A model generated the notes under the pieces. It searched no databases, had not been told where the DNA came from, and saw nothing but the letters and a program-made list of their open reading frames with translations. DNA of 63,739 nucleotides, filler included, from an uncultured Methanosarcinales archaeon (GTDB lineage: Archaea > Nanobdellota > Nanobdellia > Woesearchaeales > CAZKBD01), in NCBI GenBank assembly GCA_964550945.1. It is 24 parts of 24 records of this genome, joined end to end, with 100 filler letters (N's around TTAATTAATTAA, not from the genome) between each part and the next. Parts side by side here need not be neighbours in the genome. Positions count along the whole stretch, not along the records: positions 52,774 to 54,967 come from CAZKBD010000158.1; positions 55,068 to 57,182 come from CAZKBD010000159.1; positions 57,283 to 59,396 come from CAZKBD010000160.1; positions 59,497 to 61,571 come from CAZKBD010000161.1; positions 61,672 to 63,739 come from CAZKBD010000162.1; 19 more parts are not named here. One strand, given 5' to 3'. Made by a program: the position numbers and the translations under genes. Shown here piece after piece: positions 52,774 to 62,935 of this stretch (positions are counted from its first letter, which is position 1; every line of letters starts with the position of its first letter).

Positions 52774-54861
52774 GTATTTTTGATTTTTATTATTGGTTGC
52801 GCTCCAAATAGTCAGTTCACTAGCAATAATTATGCCTACAGTCTCGCAGAATTTACTCAAAAGCAGCAAACCTTTTCCCCCTATACCAAATATGAGCCTA
52901 GCTTTGCTATTGATAAAGCTCGTGGCAAAATATACTACGTCTTTAAAGTTATGGACGATAATGATATCTGGCAGATATGGACAGCAACCTCTGATTTAGA
53001 CGGAAATAATTGGAAGCAGGTGCAGCAAACCAGCTCCTATGAAAACAAACAACGCCCAGGAATTATCTACGATCCAAAAGATGACCTTTTGCACTACTTT
53101 TACCGAACTGGTAGTGAGCATGGCGCAGCAGAAAAGATTCCACGACGCCTAATTACCGCAGTCAAAAAGCCGAATGAGGAAAAATGGCGCAATGAGAGAA
53201 TGCTAATCAGCAATGATGAAATTGATGATACAATCAGCATTGCCCTTGACACAGTTCGTCATCGTCTTATCCTTGTATATACTAAAGATAATCAAATCAC
53301 CACAGCTAGAATTAACCTAGACGATGAAAGTTTTAAGGAAACTGTGCATACACAAAATACTGAAATGAGCTTTATTCCAAATATGGCTTATGATGAATCA
53401 AGTGATACTATCTATATTGTTTTTCCGCGTGCCCGCACTCCAAGGACTTTTGATAATAAAGATATGTGGTTGGCTAGGGTAAATGGTGATGGCAGTAATT
53501 ATCAAGAAATGCGCTTAACTGAAACCGATTATGACAATACTTGGCCATTTATTACCCTTGATATCCCTCGGCAAAGATTCTATGTTTATTATATATCATT
53601 CAGCGAGCCAACCACTTATTCTAGGGAAGGAGTTCCTAATGTTAAAGAGCGTAAAAATTTGGGTTTTGCAAATTTAGATGGTAGCAACTGGCGAATACTT
53701 CGCGACAAAAACAGTTTTAGCATTTTTGGCATTAATCCTAACACTGGGGTGTTGTATGGACTTTACCAAGAGCCTTACCAGGAAATGCATCAAGGAGAAG
53801 GAAATGTGAGATATTTTGTCGTCTATGATCCTGATAAAAATCAATTGGAAAAACAACTCATTCCTAGTGGTGACAGGCTGACTTACTACGATGCCGCGTA
53901 CAGGACATGGGATAGTGAGTCAAACAGACTTTTTGGAGTCCAGCAGGTTTGCCGCAGTGCAGAAGCGCGTGCAATTGAATGCCAGATTTGGACCTACCAT
54001 GGTCGTGTTTTGAATGGAAAAAAATCAGCCCTTACTCCACAAACTAAGGCAGAGATGGCATTGATTCAGCCCAGAGAACTTCCAGAATTCAAACTTATCA
54101 GCGCTAAAGGATTCGGAAATAAAATTAAAATTAATACAAACCGCAAACTCTCAATGCCTGTGTGGATAGAATTTGGGAGTGAAGGACTCAAAATTGAGTG
54201 GAAGCCAGAGCAACTCAGCCAAGTTGACCAAGACAAAGGCATTGAACTACTTTTTGTTGAACCGCTTACTTCCTATCAAGCCACCTACAAAGTCTGCGCT
54301 CTTAGTGATCCCTCTGAACCGCCCAAATGTTTAGAAGGCAACATCTTGTACCCTCCTGCTGGCCAAGAGCAATCCCCTTTTCAAGGCAAAACCTCCCAAA
54401 ATATATTTGAAAGTGATTACTTTACAATCTCAGTTCCTCAAGGATGGTCTACACAAGCTCAATTCCCAGGAACTTTAGCTACAATCATTAATGTTAATGA
54501 AGTCCACCCAGAAGATCCAAATGCTCAAAGAATTAATTTTAAAAGTTATATTACTGTGTCATTTGATAATGTGCAAGGAAGGACTCTAAACCAGATAGTT
54601 GATACAATAAAAGACGATTTGATTAAAACTATTCCCTCTGCTGCTCTTAGTAGCTCAAGTGAGAAAACTATAGATGGTATGCCGGCAAAGTCTCTGGAGA
54701 TAACTTTTACTCAGCAGGATATTAATTTTATGGCGTCATTAATTATAGCAATGAAAGGGGATAGATACTTTGTTATCTCCCTTAACACACCAATAAGCAG
54801 ATGGCAGGAATACAAAGATCTCTTTTATCAAATAGCAAAGAGCTTTAAGTTTAAATATTAG
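52774..54861 (+). CDS. Lipoprotein with beta-propeller-like region and C-terminal PsbP-like domain
   Basis: IIGC lipobox, repeated (L/G)DGSNW, FTISVPQGW...SFKF. Confidence 0.7.
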   Translation, partial: VFLIFIIGCAPNSQFTSNNYAYSLAEFTQKQQTFSPYTKYEPSFAIDKARGKIYYVFKVMDDNDIWQIWTATSDLDGNNWKQVQQTSSYENKQRPGIIYDPKDDLLHYFYRTGSEHGAAEKIPRRLITAVKKPNEEKWRNERMLISNDEIDDTISIALDTVRHRLILVYTKDNQITTARINLDDESFKETVHTQNTEMSFIPNMAYDESSDTIYIVFPRARTPRTFDNKDMWLARVNGDGSNYQEMRLTETDYDNTWPFITLDIPRQRFYVYYISFSEPTTYSREGVPNVKERKNLGFANLDGSNWRILRDKNSFSIFGINPNTGVLYGLYQEPYQEMHQGEGNVRYFVVYDPDKNQLEKQLIPSGDRLTYYDAAYRTWDSESNRLFGVQQVCRSAEARAIECQIWTYHGRVLNGKKSALTPQTKAEMALIQPRELPEFKLISAKGFGNKIKINTNRKLSMPVWIEFGSEGLKIEWKPEQLSQVDQDKGIELLFVEPLTSYQATYKVCALSDPSEPPKCLEGNILYPPAGQEQSPFQGKTSQNIFESDYFTISVPQGWSTQAQFPGTLATIINVNEVHPEDPNAQRINFKSYITVSFDNVQGRTLNQIVDTIKDDLIKTIPSAALSSSSEKTIDGMPAKSLEITFTQQDINFMASLIIAMKGDRYFVISLNTPISRWQEYKDLFYQIAKSFKFKY

Positions 54862-55067
54862 ACGGAAATGAAAAGATATTAACCTACTTCTCAAAACGCC
54901 CTTTATTACTATCCGGAAAACTGCCCTCTTCGTTTCGTTAGGACTTCAAATTTATTGAGTTTAACGTNNNNNNNNNNNNNNNNNNNNNNNNNNNNNNNNN
55001 NNNNNNNNNNNTTAATTAATTAANNNNNNNNNNNNNNNNNNNNNNNNNNNNNNNNNNNNNNNNNNNN

Positions 55068-55291
55068 AGGGAGCAATAGACGAAATTGAAAAACTAGATT
55101 CTGCTGGATTTTTAGATTATATAAACAACACAGGGGCCACTATATGCGGTAGAACACCGATATCAGTCGCTATAGCCACCTGTAAGCTTTTAGGGGCTAA
55201 AAAAGCCAAATTACTTCACTATTATACATCTGGGGATATTATCAAAGATTACAGCTCTGCAGTAGGTTATGGAGCTATTTTAATAGAATAA
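55068..55291 (+). CDS. MEMO1 (AmmeMemoRadiSam protein B) C-terminus
   Basis: TICG..P, LL.Y.TSGD, SAVGYGA (manual translation). Confidence 0.85.
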
Positions 55292-55335
55292 GATAAAAGA
55301 ATAAAAAGAAGATAAAGAATTAAGGGATTACTCTC

Positions 55336-55974
55336 CTAAACTGTTCCTCCTTTCTTCTTCCTCATTACCAAATAGATTATTATCCCAATAATAACTATTA
55401 CTGCAACAATTATTATGCCAGTCATTGGTGTTTTCTTAACGGCCTCTTTTGGTCCCTCTGCTGGTGGAGTAGGTGTTGGTGGAGTTACTGCTGGTTTTGG
55501 GCAATCTGCTTCACAATTATCTGAATTTTCACTTCCTTCACAGATGCCATCTCCGCATGTTATTGGAGCAACATTTAATGTCTGTGTATCAACCTTTCCC
55601 TGACCGGATTTATCAAAATAAACCAATGTCCCGAATGTTACGTCGCTTGCTCCCAACTTTATTGTATATTCAACTGTAGCTGAGGAACCGCTGGGTGTAA
55701 ACTCCCAAGCATACCTATTATCTTTTTCCCTGGTATTTATATCACTCTTAGCTTCCTTAGCACCCGTAATACTCCATTCCTTAACAACAATCCCTACTGG
55801 CAATTCCTCTTCTAATGCCATTACACCACTTGAATCTGCTCCTGAAATCAGCAGCTTAACCGTTACATCACCGTTAGGATCAGCTCTTCTGGGTAACTCC
55901 CTGCTTACTGATGCTGCAAATACAACGCTCAACACTAACAAACCCATTACCACATAAACAATAGTCTTTCTCAT
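55336..55974 (-). CDS. Membrane-anchored surface protein, possible cohesin-like domain
   Basis: Signal peptide, beta domain, CGDGICE..E....C..DC, Pro/Thr linker, TM plus basic tail. Confidence 0.7.
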   Translation of the reverse strand: MRKTIVYVVMGLLVLSVVFAASVSRELPRRADPNGDVTVKLLISGADSSGVMALEEELPVGIVVKEWSITGAKEAKSDINTREKDNRYAWEFTPSGSSATVEYTIKLGASDVTFGTLVYFDKSGQGKVDTQTLNVAPITCGDGICEGSENSDNCEADCPKPAVTPPTPTPPAEGPKEAVKKTPMTGIIIVAVIVIIGIIIYLVMRKKKGGTV

Positions 55975-57182
55975 TTTGCTTCCTCCTCATAAAACTTCCT
56001 TATTGAGTCTATTATGTCAAATGCCGTCTTTTTCGAAGTTCCTTCATAAAAATCCCTAATCATATCAATCAAGTCAAATGCCGTAATCTTGCCCACTAGC
56101 TTGTAACCAATACCACCGCCTCCTCCTCCGCTTGATGTTGTTGTAGTTGTTGTCTCAGTTGTAGGTGCCACATATGGCGTAGCCAAAGCAAATATAGAGA
56201 AGCTATCTACAGTTACGGTTAATATAGGGCTGCTCCAAGCTGTGTTTGCATCAGTAATCTTTGTCCATGTTCCTGCTGTTGTTAAATTAGTAGTTGTATT
56301 AAAGTTTGCTTTATATACCCTTGTACTAGCACCACAGGTAACACCTAATGCAGTGCAATTAAATGCTATAGTGCTTCCTGTAAATCCTGTTGTGCTCGCG
56401 TTGTTTATCTTAGGTTGTATTACTACAGATGTTAAAAGTGTTGCTACACCTGTAGTAAGTGAGGCTTGGATTCTTGAATAGTTTGTACCATTGCTCCTGT
56501 TGGGAGCAACAATCTCAAAAGTAAAGTTAGTCATAGCTGTCAAATTAACATCATTTAGCGTAATTACTGTGTTATTCAAAGTAGTGTCTATAATTTGGAT
56601 ATCCTGGAGCGTTGAACCCACAAATGCAGTCTGGGCTGTTGCTGCCCCTGTCACCCAAACATCAGACCCCACAAACTTAATAGTTGATGTACTTGGCGCA
56701 GCATCTACTGTAACTGTTTTACCTGCATAAAATGTAGTAGTTAATGCTGAAGGCAATGAGGTATCAACATATGCACCACTATTAGAAAGATTTGCATAAA
56801 CAATCGAAATAGTTGAAGTATTTCCTGCAAATGGTGGTGTTAAAACACTCGTATTAGTAATATTTGCACAATAATACAAACTAGCATTTGCATCTAGCAC
56901 AGTACAAGTAGCATTCAATGTTACTCCATCAGTCGTTGACGAATTCGTTAGATTAAAGTTAATAGCAGGCTTTCCATACCATGAAAACACAGTTGTGTTT
57001 ATAGTTATTGTCTGATTCACATAGATGCTGGATGGCGCTGTAAATGAAGATACATTTATTGCTTCATTCTCTACCTTCAAGGTATGGGTTGTTGCTGGAG
57101 CTGAATTCCCGGCACCTGTTGTATCATTTACATATATGCTCAATACCAAAAGGTTGTTTGGTATATTTACTGATGAAGCATT
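55971..57182 (-). CDS. Thr-rich surface protein, 5' truncated, with duplicated C-terminal helix motif
   Basis: T/G linker, then TAFDLIDMIRDFYE and TAFDIIDSIRKFYE. Confidence 0.7.
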   Translation of the reverse strand, partial: NASSVNIPNNLLVLSIYVNDTTGAGNSAPATTHTLKVENEAINVSSFTAPSSIYVNQTITINTTVFSWYGKPAINFNLTNSSTTDGVTLNATCTVLDANASLYYCANITNTSVLTPPFAGNTSTISIVYANLSNSGAYVDTSLPSALTTTFYAGKTVTVDAAPSTSTIKFVGSDVWVTGAATAQTAFVGSTLQDIQIIDTTLNNTVITLNDVNLTAMTNFTFEIVAPNRSNGTNYSRIQASLTTGVATLLTSVVIQPKINNASTTGFTGSTIAFNCTALGVTCGASTRVYKANFNTTTNLTTAGTWTKITDANTAWSSPILTVTVDSFSIFALATPYVAPTTETTTTTTSSGGGGGGIGYKLVGKITAFDLIDMIRDFYEGTSKKTAFDIIDSIRKFYEEEAK

Positions 57183-57282
57183 NNNNNNNNNNNNNNNNNN
57201 NNNNNNNNNNNNNNNNNNNNNNNNNNTTAATTAATTAANNNNNNNNNNNNNNNNNNNNNNNNNNNNNNNNNNNNNNNNNNNN

Positions 57283-59196
57283 AATCCGCCAGTTTCTTTC
57301 AGCAAAAAGGCTTACATAAAAAGCGAAGCTGAATATCAAAAGATTTATGCGGAGTCAATTGCAAATCCAGCTGCTTTCTGGGCTAAAGAAGCTGAGGTGC
57401 TTCACTGGTTCAAAAAATGGAATTCTGTATTTGAATGGGACAAGGAAAAAGTTAACTTCACATGGTTTAAAGGCGGTAAAATAAATGTTTCTTATAATTG
57501 CTTGGATAGGCATCTAAAAAAAGATGGAGACAAGATAGCTCTAATCTGGCAGGGTGAACCAGAAGAGGATGTTAAAAAAATAACCTACAAAGAGCTTCAC
57601 AAATCAGTATGCAGATTCGCAAATGTATTGAAAAAGAAAGGCATAAAGAAAGGAGACCGGGTTTGCATATACCTACCAATGATACCTGAATTAGCAGTAA
57701 CAATGTTAGCTTGCACTAGGATAGGAGCAATCCATAGCATTGTTTTTGGAGGTTTTAGCGCTGAATCCCTAAAAGACAGGATTCTTGACAGTGAATGTAA
57801 AATGTTAATCACTGCTGATGGAAGCTTCAGGGCTGGCAAAACAATCCAATTAAAGGAAATTGCAGACGAAGCAGTAAAACAATGCCCCTGTATAAAATCA
57901 GTAATAGTTGCAAAAAGAGCAAATAGCAGAATTGCGATGGAAAGATCAAGAGATAGCTATTGGGATGATGAAATGTCTGCTAAAGATATATCGGACGAGT
58001 GCAAAGCAGAAGAGATGGATGCAGAAGATCCCTTATTTATATTATACACTTCTGGAACAACTGGAAAGCCAAAAGGAGTATTGCATACAACTGGAGGATA
58101 TCTGCTTTATGTAACCCAAACATTCAAGTACATATTTGATTATCACGAAAAAGATATTTATTGGTGCACTGCTGACATTGGCTGGATAACGGGCCATAGC
58201 TACATAGTATATGGGCCATTGGCGAATGCTGCAACTTCACTAATGTTTGAAGGTGTTCCAACTTATCCTGGTAATGACCGCTTTTGGCAGGTTGTAGAAA
58301 AATTTAAGGTTAATATTTTCTATACAGCACCAACTGCTATTAGGTCTATAGAGCGCTTCGGTGAAGACATAATAAAAAAGCATGATTTAAGTTCGCTAAA
58401 GCTACTAGGAACTGTGGGGGAGCCAATAAACCCTCAAACATGGCTGTGGTATCACAAGAACATTGGAAATGGCAAATGCCCTATTGTAGATACATGGTGG
58501 CAGACTGAGACTGGAGGTATTTTAATAACCCCCTTGCCTGGAGCTATGACTTTAAAACCAGCTTCTGCAAACAGGCCGTTTTTCGGTATTGAGCCAGCTG
58601 TCCTAAGGGAAAACGGATCAGAAGCTGATGTTAACGAAGGCGGTTATTTAGTGATAAAAAAGCCATGGCCAGGATTGACGAGGACTATCTACGGAAACCA
58701 CCAGAGATTTATTGAAGCATATTGGACTCAATTCCCAGGAGTGTATTCTGCAGGGGATGGAGCTAGGATTGATAAAGATGGTGACTATTGGCTCATGGGA
58801 AGGATTGATGATGTTATTAAAGTTTCTGGCCATAGGATAGGAACTGCAGAAGTTGAGAGCGCATTGGTAAGCCATTCAAAAGTAGCTGAAGCAGCTGTTG
58901 TGCCAATGCCCCATGAAATAAAGGGACAAGCCCTGTATGCATTTGTAACCTTAAAGCAAGGCATAGAAAAGACAGATGAACTTAAGAAGGAATTATCCCT
59001 CCATGTAAGAAAGGAGATCGGACCAATAGCGCAGCCAGACAAAATACAGTTTGCAGATGCATTGCCAAAAACAAGGTCTGGCAAAATTATGCGAAGAATC
59101 TTAAAAGTGATAGCTGCCGGCGGCACTGATGTTGGGAATGTAACAACATTGGCAGACCCGTCTGTGGTTGATGCCTTATTAAAAGAAAGACAGTAA
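57283..59196 (+). CDS. acs: Acetyl-CoA synthetase (AMP-forming), 5' truncated
   Basis: YTSGTTGKPKG, DTWWQTETG, PKTRSGKIMRR. Confidence 0.97.
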   Translation, partial: NPPVSFSKKAYIKSEAEYQKIYAESIANPAAFWAKEAEVLHWFKKWNSVFEWDKEKVNFTWFKGGKINVSYNCLDRHLKKDGDKIALIWQGEPEEDVKKITYKELHKSVCRFANVLKKKGIKKGDRVCIYLPMIPELAVTMLACTRIGAIHSIVFGGFSAESLKDRILDSECKMLITADGSFRAGKTIQLKEIADEAVKQCPCIKSVIVAKRANSRIAMERSRDSYWDDEMSAKDISDECKAEEMDAEDPLFILYTSGTTGKPKGVLHTTGGYLLYVTQTFKYIFDYHEKDIYWCTADIGWITGHSYIVYGPLANAATSLMFEGVPTYPGNDRFWQVVEKFKVNIFYTAPTAIRSIERFGEDIIKKHDLSSLKLLGTVGEPINPQTWLWYHKNIGNGKCPIVDTWWQTETGGILITPLPGAMTLKPASANRPFFGIEPAVLRENGSEADVNEGGYLVIKKPWPGLTRTIYGNHQRFIEAYWTQFPGVYSAGDGARIDKDGDYWLMGRIDDVIKVSGHRIGTAEVESALVSHSKVAEAAVVPMPHEIKGQALYAFVTLKQGIEKTDELKKELSLHVRKEIGPIAQPDKIQFADALPKTRSGKIMRRILKVIAAGGTDVGNVTTLADPSVVDALLKERQ

Positions 59197-59212
59197 ACTT
59201 TTTTATTTTGTT

Positions 59213-59342
59213 ATAAAATCGTAGGCAGAATACCATCAAATTCAACAAAAACCCAAGATTTTTGACTGTGCTCAGAAATCTTTGATTTCTGACATATTTG
59301 TGGGATGAATGTCGTGCCTCTATCCAGTATTTGTGCAAGAGG
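59213..59342. repeat. Second copy of the 26682 element, carrying a 52-nt double-hairpin insert (59244-59295)
   Basis: Flanks match the reverse complement of 26682-26759; insert resembles 27512-27567. Confidence 0.85.
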
Positions 59343-59496
59343 CAGAAGCAGTAACTAAACTTTCACAGTTTATTTAAATAGGCGTATCTATTTATGNNNN
59401 NNNNNNNNNNNNNNNNNNNNNNNNNNNNNNNNNNNNNNNNTTAATTAATTAANNNNNNNNNNNNNNNNNNNNNNNNNNNNNNNNNNNNNNNNNNNN

Positions 59497-59760
59497 TTTA
59501 TCTAAAGGAATATCCAAAATTTTACATAAATTAAATAAAATCTCTAAATCTACAAAATAATTGTAACTTTGCTTCATCCTATCTTTAAAAACAGAGAAAG
59601 GGACACTGTAATATCCTATTAATTTCTTATGAACCTTTCTCTTAGTTATGTATTTCTCTTTGATTTTTTCATTAACCAAATCAATAAAACTACTGGTTAG
59701 TTTAATATTTATTTTAGTACCTAAACACCATATATTTATTGGATTATTATTTGAATTCAT
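59497..59760 (-). CDS. Hypothetical basic protein, 3' truncated (HTH-like N-terminus)
   Basis: ORF running off the contig, divergent from tRNA-Thr. Confidence 0.45.
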
Positions 59761-60113
59761 TTTAAATCACAAACGTTTATTTCGATGAAACCACCTAATT
59801 GATTTTCAGCAAAAGTGCGAAAATTATTATTTAGTTGTTGAATTATTATTGAAGTGATTTGGATATTGAATTAAAATAATAGAAAATGAAAATGATTAGG
59901 TAGTATATATAGTTTGCCTACAACCCCCACTAGCATTTTATCAAAAAGAAATAGCCCTTATTTATATGTTTTTTGTAATCAAATCAAAAAAACAATAACT
60001 TTTTTAAATACCTTAATAAATCCAAACAGATACGCCTCCGTAGCATTGCAGTCTAAGGGTCTTACCCTATAGATACCCAAGCATTCCTCGCAATGCTCGG
60101 AATGGCTAAGTAT

Positions 60114-60198
60114 GCCTCCGTAGCATAGTAGCTATTGCGGCTGACTTGTATTTAACAAAGATATCAGCAGGTCGAGGGCGCACATCCCTCCGGAGGCT
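60114..60198 (+). tRNA. tRNA-Thr(TGT) with 12-nt canonical intron (60151-60162)
   Basis: GCCTCCG/CGGAGGC acceptor, GCTGA/TCAGC anticodon stem, GAGGG/CCCTC T-stem; atypical T-loop CGCACAT. Confidence 0.85.
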
Positions 60199-60209
60199 TT
60201 TTTTAAACA

Positions 60210-60352
60210 ACAGAATTCCACCAATCTGCGATTGGTGGTCAAGTGGAATTCTGTGTGCTCAAAAACCACTAAGGTATTGGTGGAATTCTGAGCGTCAAAT
60301 GTCAGAAATGTTTAACATTTCTGAGCAAATTGAAAATCCTTGATTTTCAATT
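60210..60352. repeat. Cluster of palindromic elements downstream of tRNA-Thr
   Basis: ACAGAATTCCAC/GTGGAATTCTGT with CCACCAATC/GATTGGTGG core; double hairpin 60299-60352. Confidence 0.8.
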
Positions 60353-60416
60353 AACAACTTGCAGTTGTTGCATAATCACAATCATGCCACCCATCTCTGA
60401 TGCGGGGTTTTTGACA

Positions 60417-60884
60417 ATGAAAGAAGACATAATCGAAGAATACAACAAGCTGAAAACCAAGTATAAGCTTCCTGATTTTGAAGCTCTTGACCTAGAGTTT
60501 GACATAAGCAGCATTGATAACGATTCATTTTTACTAAAAAGCATCTTAACAAAAGGAGTAAACAAGCTTGATGAATATGTGAAGCTTCTTAACAATGTTA
60601 TGTCTCCAGATACTGCTTCATTAGTCGGCATGCACGAATGCAGAATCTTCGAAGACAATGAAAAAAGGGATTTATACTCTTTATTAAGGAAGATTATGAT
60701 CTCGATTAGGAAAGGTGATCTTTTGATCTTAAACTATAATGAAAAAGAATCAGCAGATTTCATTAAAAAGCTGGTAAATGATTGGAACGAGATAAAAAAA
60801 GAGCTTACAAAAGCATTAAACAAGTTAGTAGAGTCCTGGGTGGATGAAACAGATGTAAAAGAGGAGATTGGTTATCTTGGCTGA
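60417..60884 (+). CDS. Conserved-looking hypothetical protein
   Basis: KYKLPDF..LD.EF.I...YLG; upstream ORF extension is repeat-derived. Confidence 0.7.
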   Translation: MKEDIIEEYNKLKTKYKLPDFEALDLEFDISSIDNDSFLLKSILTKGVNKLDEYVKLLNNVMSPDTASLVGMHECRIFEDNEKRDLYSLLRKIMISIRKGDLLILNYNEKESADFIKKLVNDWNEIKKELTKALNKLVESWVDETDVKEEIGYLG

Positions 60885-60939
60885 TGAAAAGCCCCCCTAA
60901 TAGATTAGAAATCATTTAGGTTATGCCAGTTAAATGCAG

Positions 60940-61479
60940 TTAGCATATATTATACACTTTCTTGATAAACACAAGGTATATTATAAAAGGTATTTGGCCT
61001 ATTACAGCCATATATGCACCGAACAAATAATTCCACTCAAAATTGAATAATGCTAAATTAAGGAACCCAAGAAAAAAAAATAAGATAACCCCTATTTCCA
61101 CCCTAATTTTTGCTTTTAGATATTCTTTTTGCATATTATTCAATTTATATCGTGTATACCTCAAGTACCATAAAACAACTAAACTGAAATTAACAGAATA
61201 AATTAAAAACCACATCTTAGCATTCGTAATGTAGTAGGCACTTAGCATCAATGCAATTAGAATGGCAAAGGCAATTAACCAGTCAAAAACCCCTTTAGGT
61301 AAGCTTACCTTTGTAAATAAAAAGCTGGCACCCCACCAAATATGGAATAACACTATCAAGTTAGCAAAAAAGATGAGATAGTTAGCTACACCACTTATGC
61401 CTCTTAGCATGGTTACACCCCAAATTATCAATAAACCAAAAACCAAATTTACAGCTAACAATCCGAACCTTTTGATCAT
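60940..61479 (-). CDS. Multi-pass membrane protein
   Basis: About 6 TM segments. Confidence 0.65.
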   Translation of the reverse strand: MIKRFGLLAVNLVFGLLIIWGVTMLRGISGVANYLIFFANLIVLFHIWWGASFLFTKVSLPKGVFDWLIAFAILIALMLSAYYITNAKMWFLIYSVNFSLVVLWYLRYTRYKLNNMQKEYLKAKIRVEIGVILFFFLGFLNLALFNFEWNYLFGAYMAVIGQIPFIIYLVFIKKVYNIC

Positions 61480-61671
61480 TAGAATAAAGATAGTTGCATA
61501 CTATTTAAATATTGCTTTGTTCAATTTGATAATTAGTTTACACATTTAATAATCAGCCAAAATTCCCTGCTNNNNNNNNNNNNNNNNNNNNNNNNNNNNN
61601 NNNNNNNNNNNNNNNTTAATTAATTAANNNNNNNNNNNNNNNNNNNNNNNNNNNNNNNNNNNNNNNNNNNN

Positions 61672-61724
61672 TTAGACCTAGTGCAAACCCTATTTAGGTT
61701 TAAAAGGAAACTGTTAAACTTCAG
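61672..61724. mobile_element. Terminus of second multicopy IS-like element, copy 2
   Basis: Identical to the reverse complement of 29587-29639. Confidence 0.65.
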
Positions 61725-61768
61725 TTAAATAACAAAATTTATATACCTTCTTTGTAAGTAATTTGCTA

Positions 61769-62935
61769 ATGAGGAAAGCCCAATTGGGATTGAATTTTGC
61801 TTATATTATTATCACTCTTATAGCTATCTCTGTGCTTGTTATTGGTTTTTTAGTTTTGAAGGATTTTAGCCGGAAAAATAATGAGCTGGACATCATCAAT
61901 TTTGAAAATAGCTTAAAAACATCTCTTGAGAAGCAAAGCCTTGATAGTTTTGGTTCAGTGGCTGAAAAGACATTTGCAGTGCCAAGCAATACAGAGAAGG
62001 TTTGTTTTGTTGATGAAAACAAAAATTTTAATGAGCTGGTTGATGGGGATTTGAACAAGGCGATGGAAAAGTATGGCGATTACAATCTATTTATTAACCC
62101 GATAGAAGCATACATGCCTGTCAAAATAGCTTATCTTGCTTTGAATGAAAATCCGCTTTGCGTGAAGGCTGTTAATGGAAAGATTAAGCTGAGATTAGAG
62201 AGTATTGGTAACAGTACCTTAGTAAGCGCGGCTAATTTAGGTGACAAAGAGGTTGAATGTGTAACTATATCTTATAATGATGAGCCTGAAAATAGCGAGG
62301 ATGTCGTTTTTTTGGGAAGCTCTTATAAGGATGCTGATAGCTTCAGTTCTGATGTGAATAGATATGTGCAAAAATTTAGTGCTGTAAAGCCTTTTTCAGA
62401 TAAGCTAGATAAGATTAACTTCTATAGGATTGACAATTTTAAGGGTATCGGATGCAAAGTGGTTCCTTACGGGATTGGCAGCTATGTCATCTGTGACGAT
62501 TATTTAGTTGAGCAGCTAGCTTCTGAATGCCCGATAGACCATATTGTTGTTCTTGTCAAAATAGGAGCAGTGACAAATCTGGTGAGAGGCACCAGATCGA
62601 GCGCAAAAGGGATTATTGCTACTATAAACTCGGGTGATGATGCTTTGCTTTTAATGCATGAGTTCGGGCATACTTTTGCTAAATTGGCTGATGAATACAC
62701 TGATAACAATGTTAAGAATTTTGACCAGGAATCTTATGCGAATTGCGATACAAAAGGATGCGATAAATGGAATGATGTTGAAGGGGTTGGATGCTACCAG
62801 GGATGCACGTATAATGGATATAGCTGCTGTTACAGGCCAACAATGGATTCAATAATGAACAGCCTCAGCACAGATGATTACGGGCCTGTTAACCAAAAAG
62901 AAATCACCAATAAGCTGGATGTGTACCAAAGATGA
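61769..62935 (+). CDS. Class III (pilin-like) signal peptide protein with M64-like metallopeptidase domain
   Basis: MRKAQ plus hydrophobic helix; HEFGHTFAKLADEY; RPT.DSIM. Confidence 0.8.
   Translation: MRKAQLGLNFAYIIITLIAISVLVIGFLVLKDFSRKNNELDIINFENSLKTSLEKQSLDSFGSVAEKTFAVPSNTEKVCFVDENKNFNELVDGDLNKAMEKYGDYNLFINPIEAYMPVKIAYLALNENPLCVKAVNGKIKLRLESIGNSTLVSAANLGDKEVECVTISYNDEPENSEDVVFLGSSYKDADSFSSDVNRYVQKFSAVKPFSDKLDKINFYRIDNFKGIGCKVVPYGIGSYVICDDYLVEQLASECPIDHIVVLVKIGAVTNLVRGTRSSAKGIIATINSGDDALLLMHEFGHTFAKLADEYTDNNVKNFDQESYANCDTKGCDKWNDVEGVGCYQGCTYNGYSCCYRPTMDSIMNSLSTDDYGPVNQKEITNKLDVYQR

Noticed and set aside
59497..59760. LAGLIDADG homing endonuclease beside tRNA-Thr
   Set aside because: Plausible from context, but the fragment ends before any diagnostic motif
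60146..60416. ORF 60146-60343 and the N-terminal extension of 60330-60884
   Set aside because: They overlap tRNA-Thr and palindromic repeats; the real start is probably 60417
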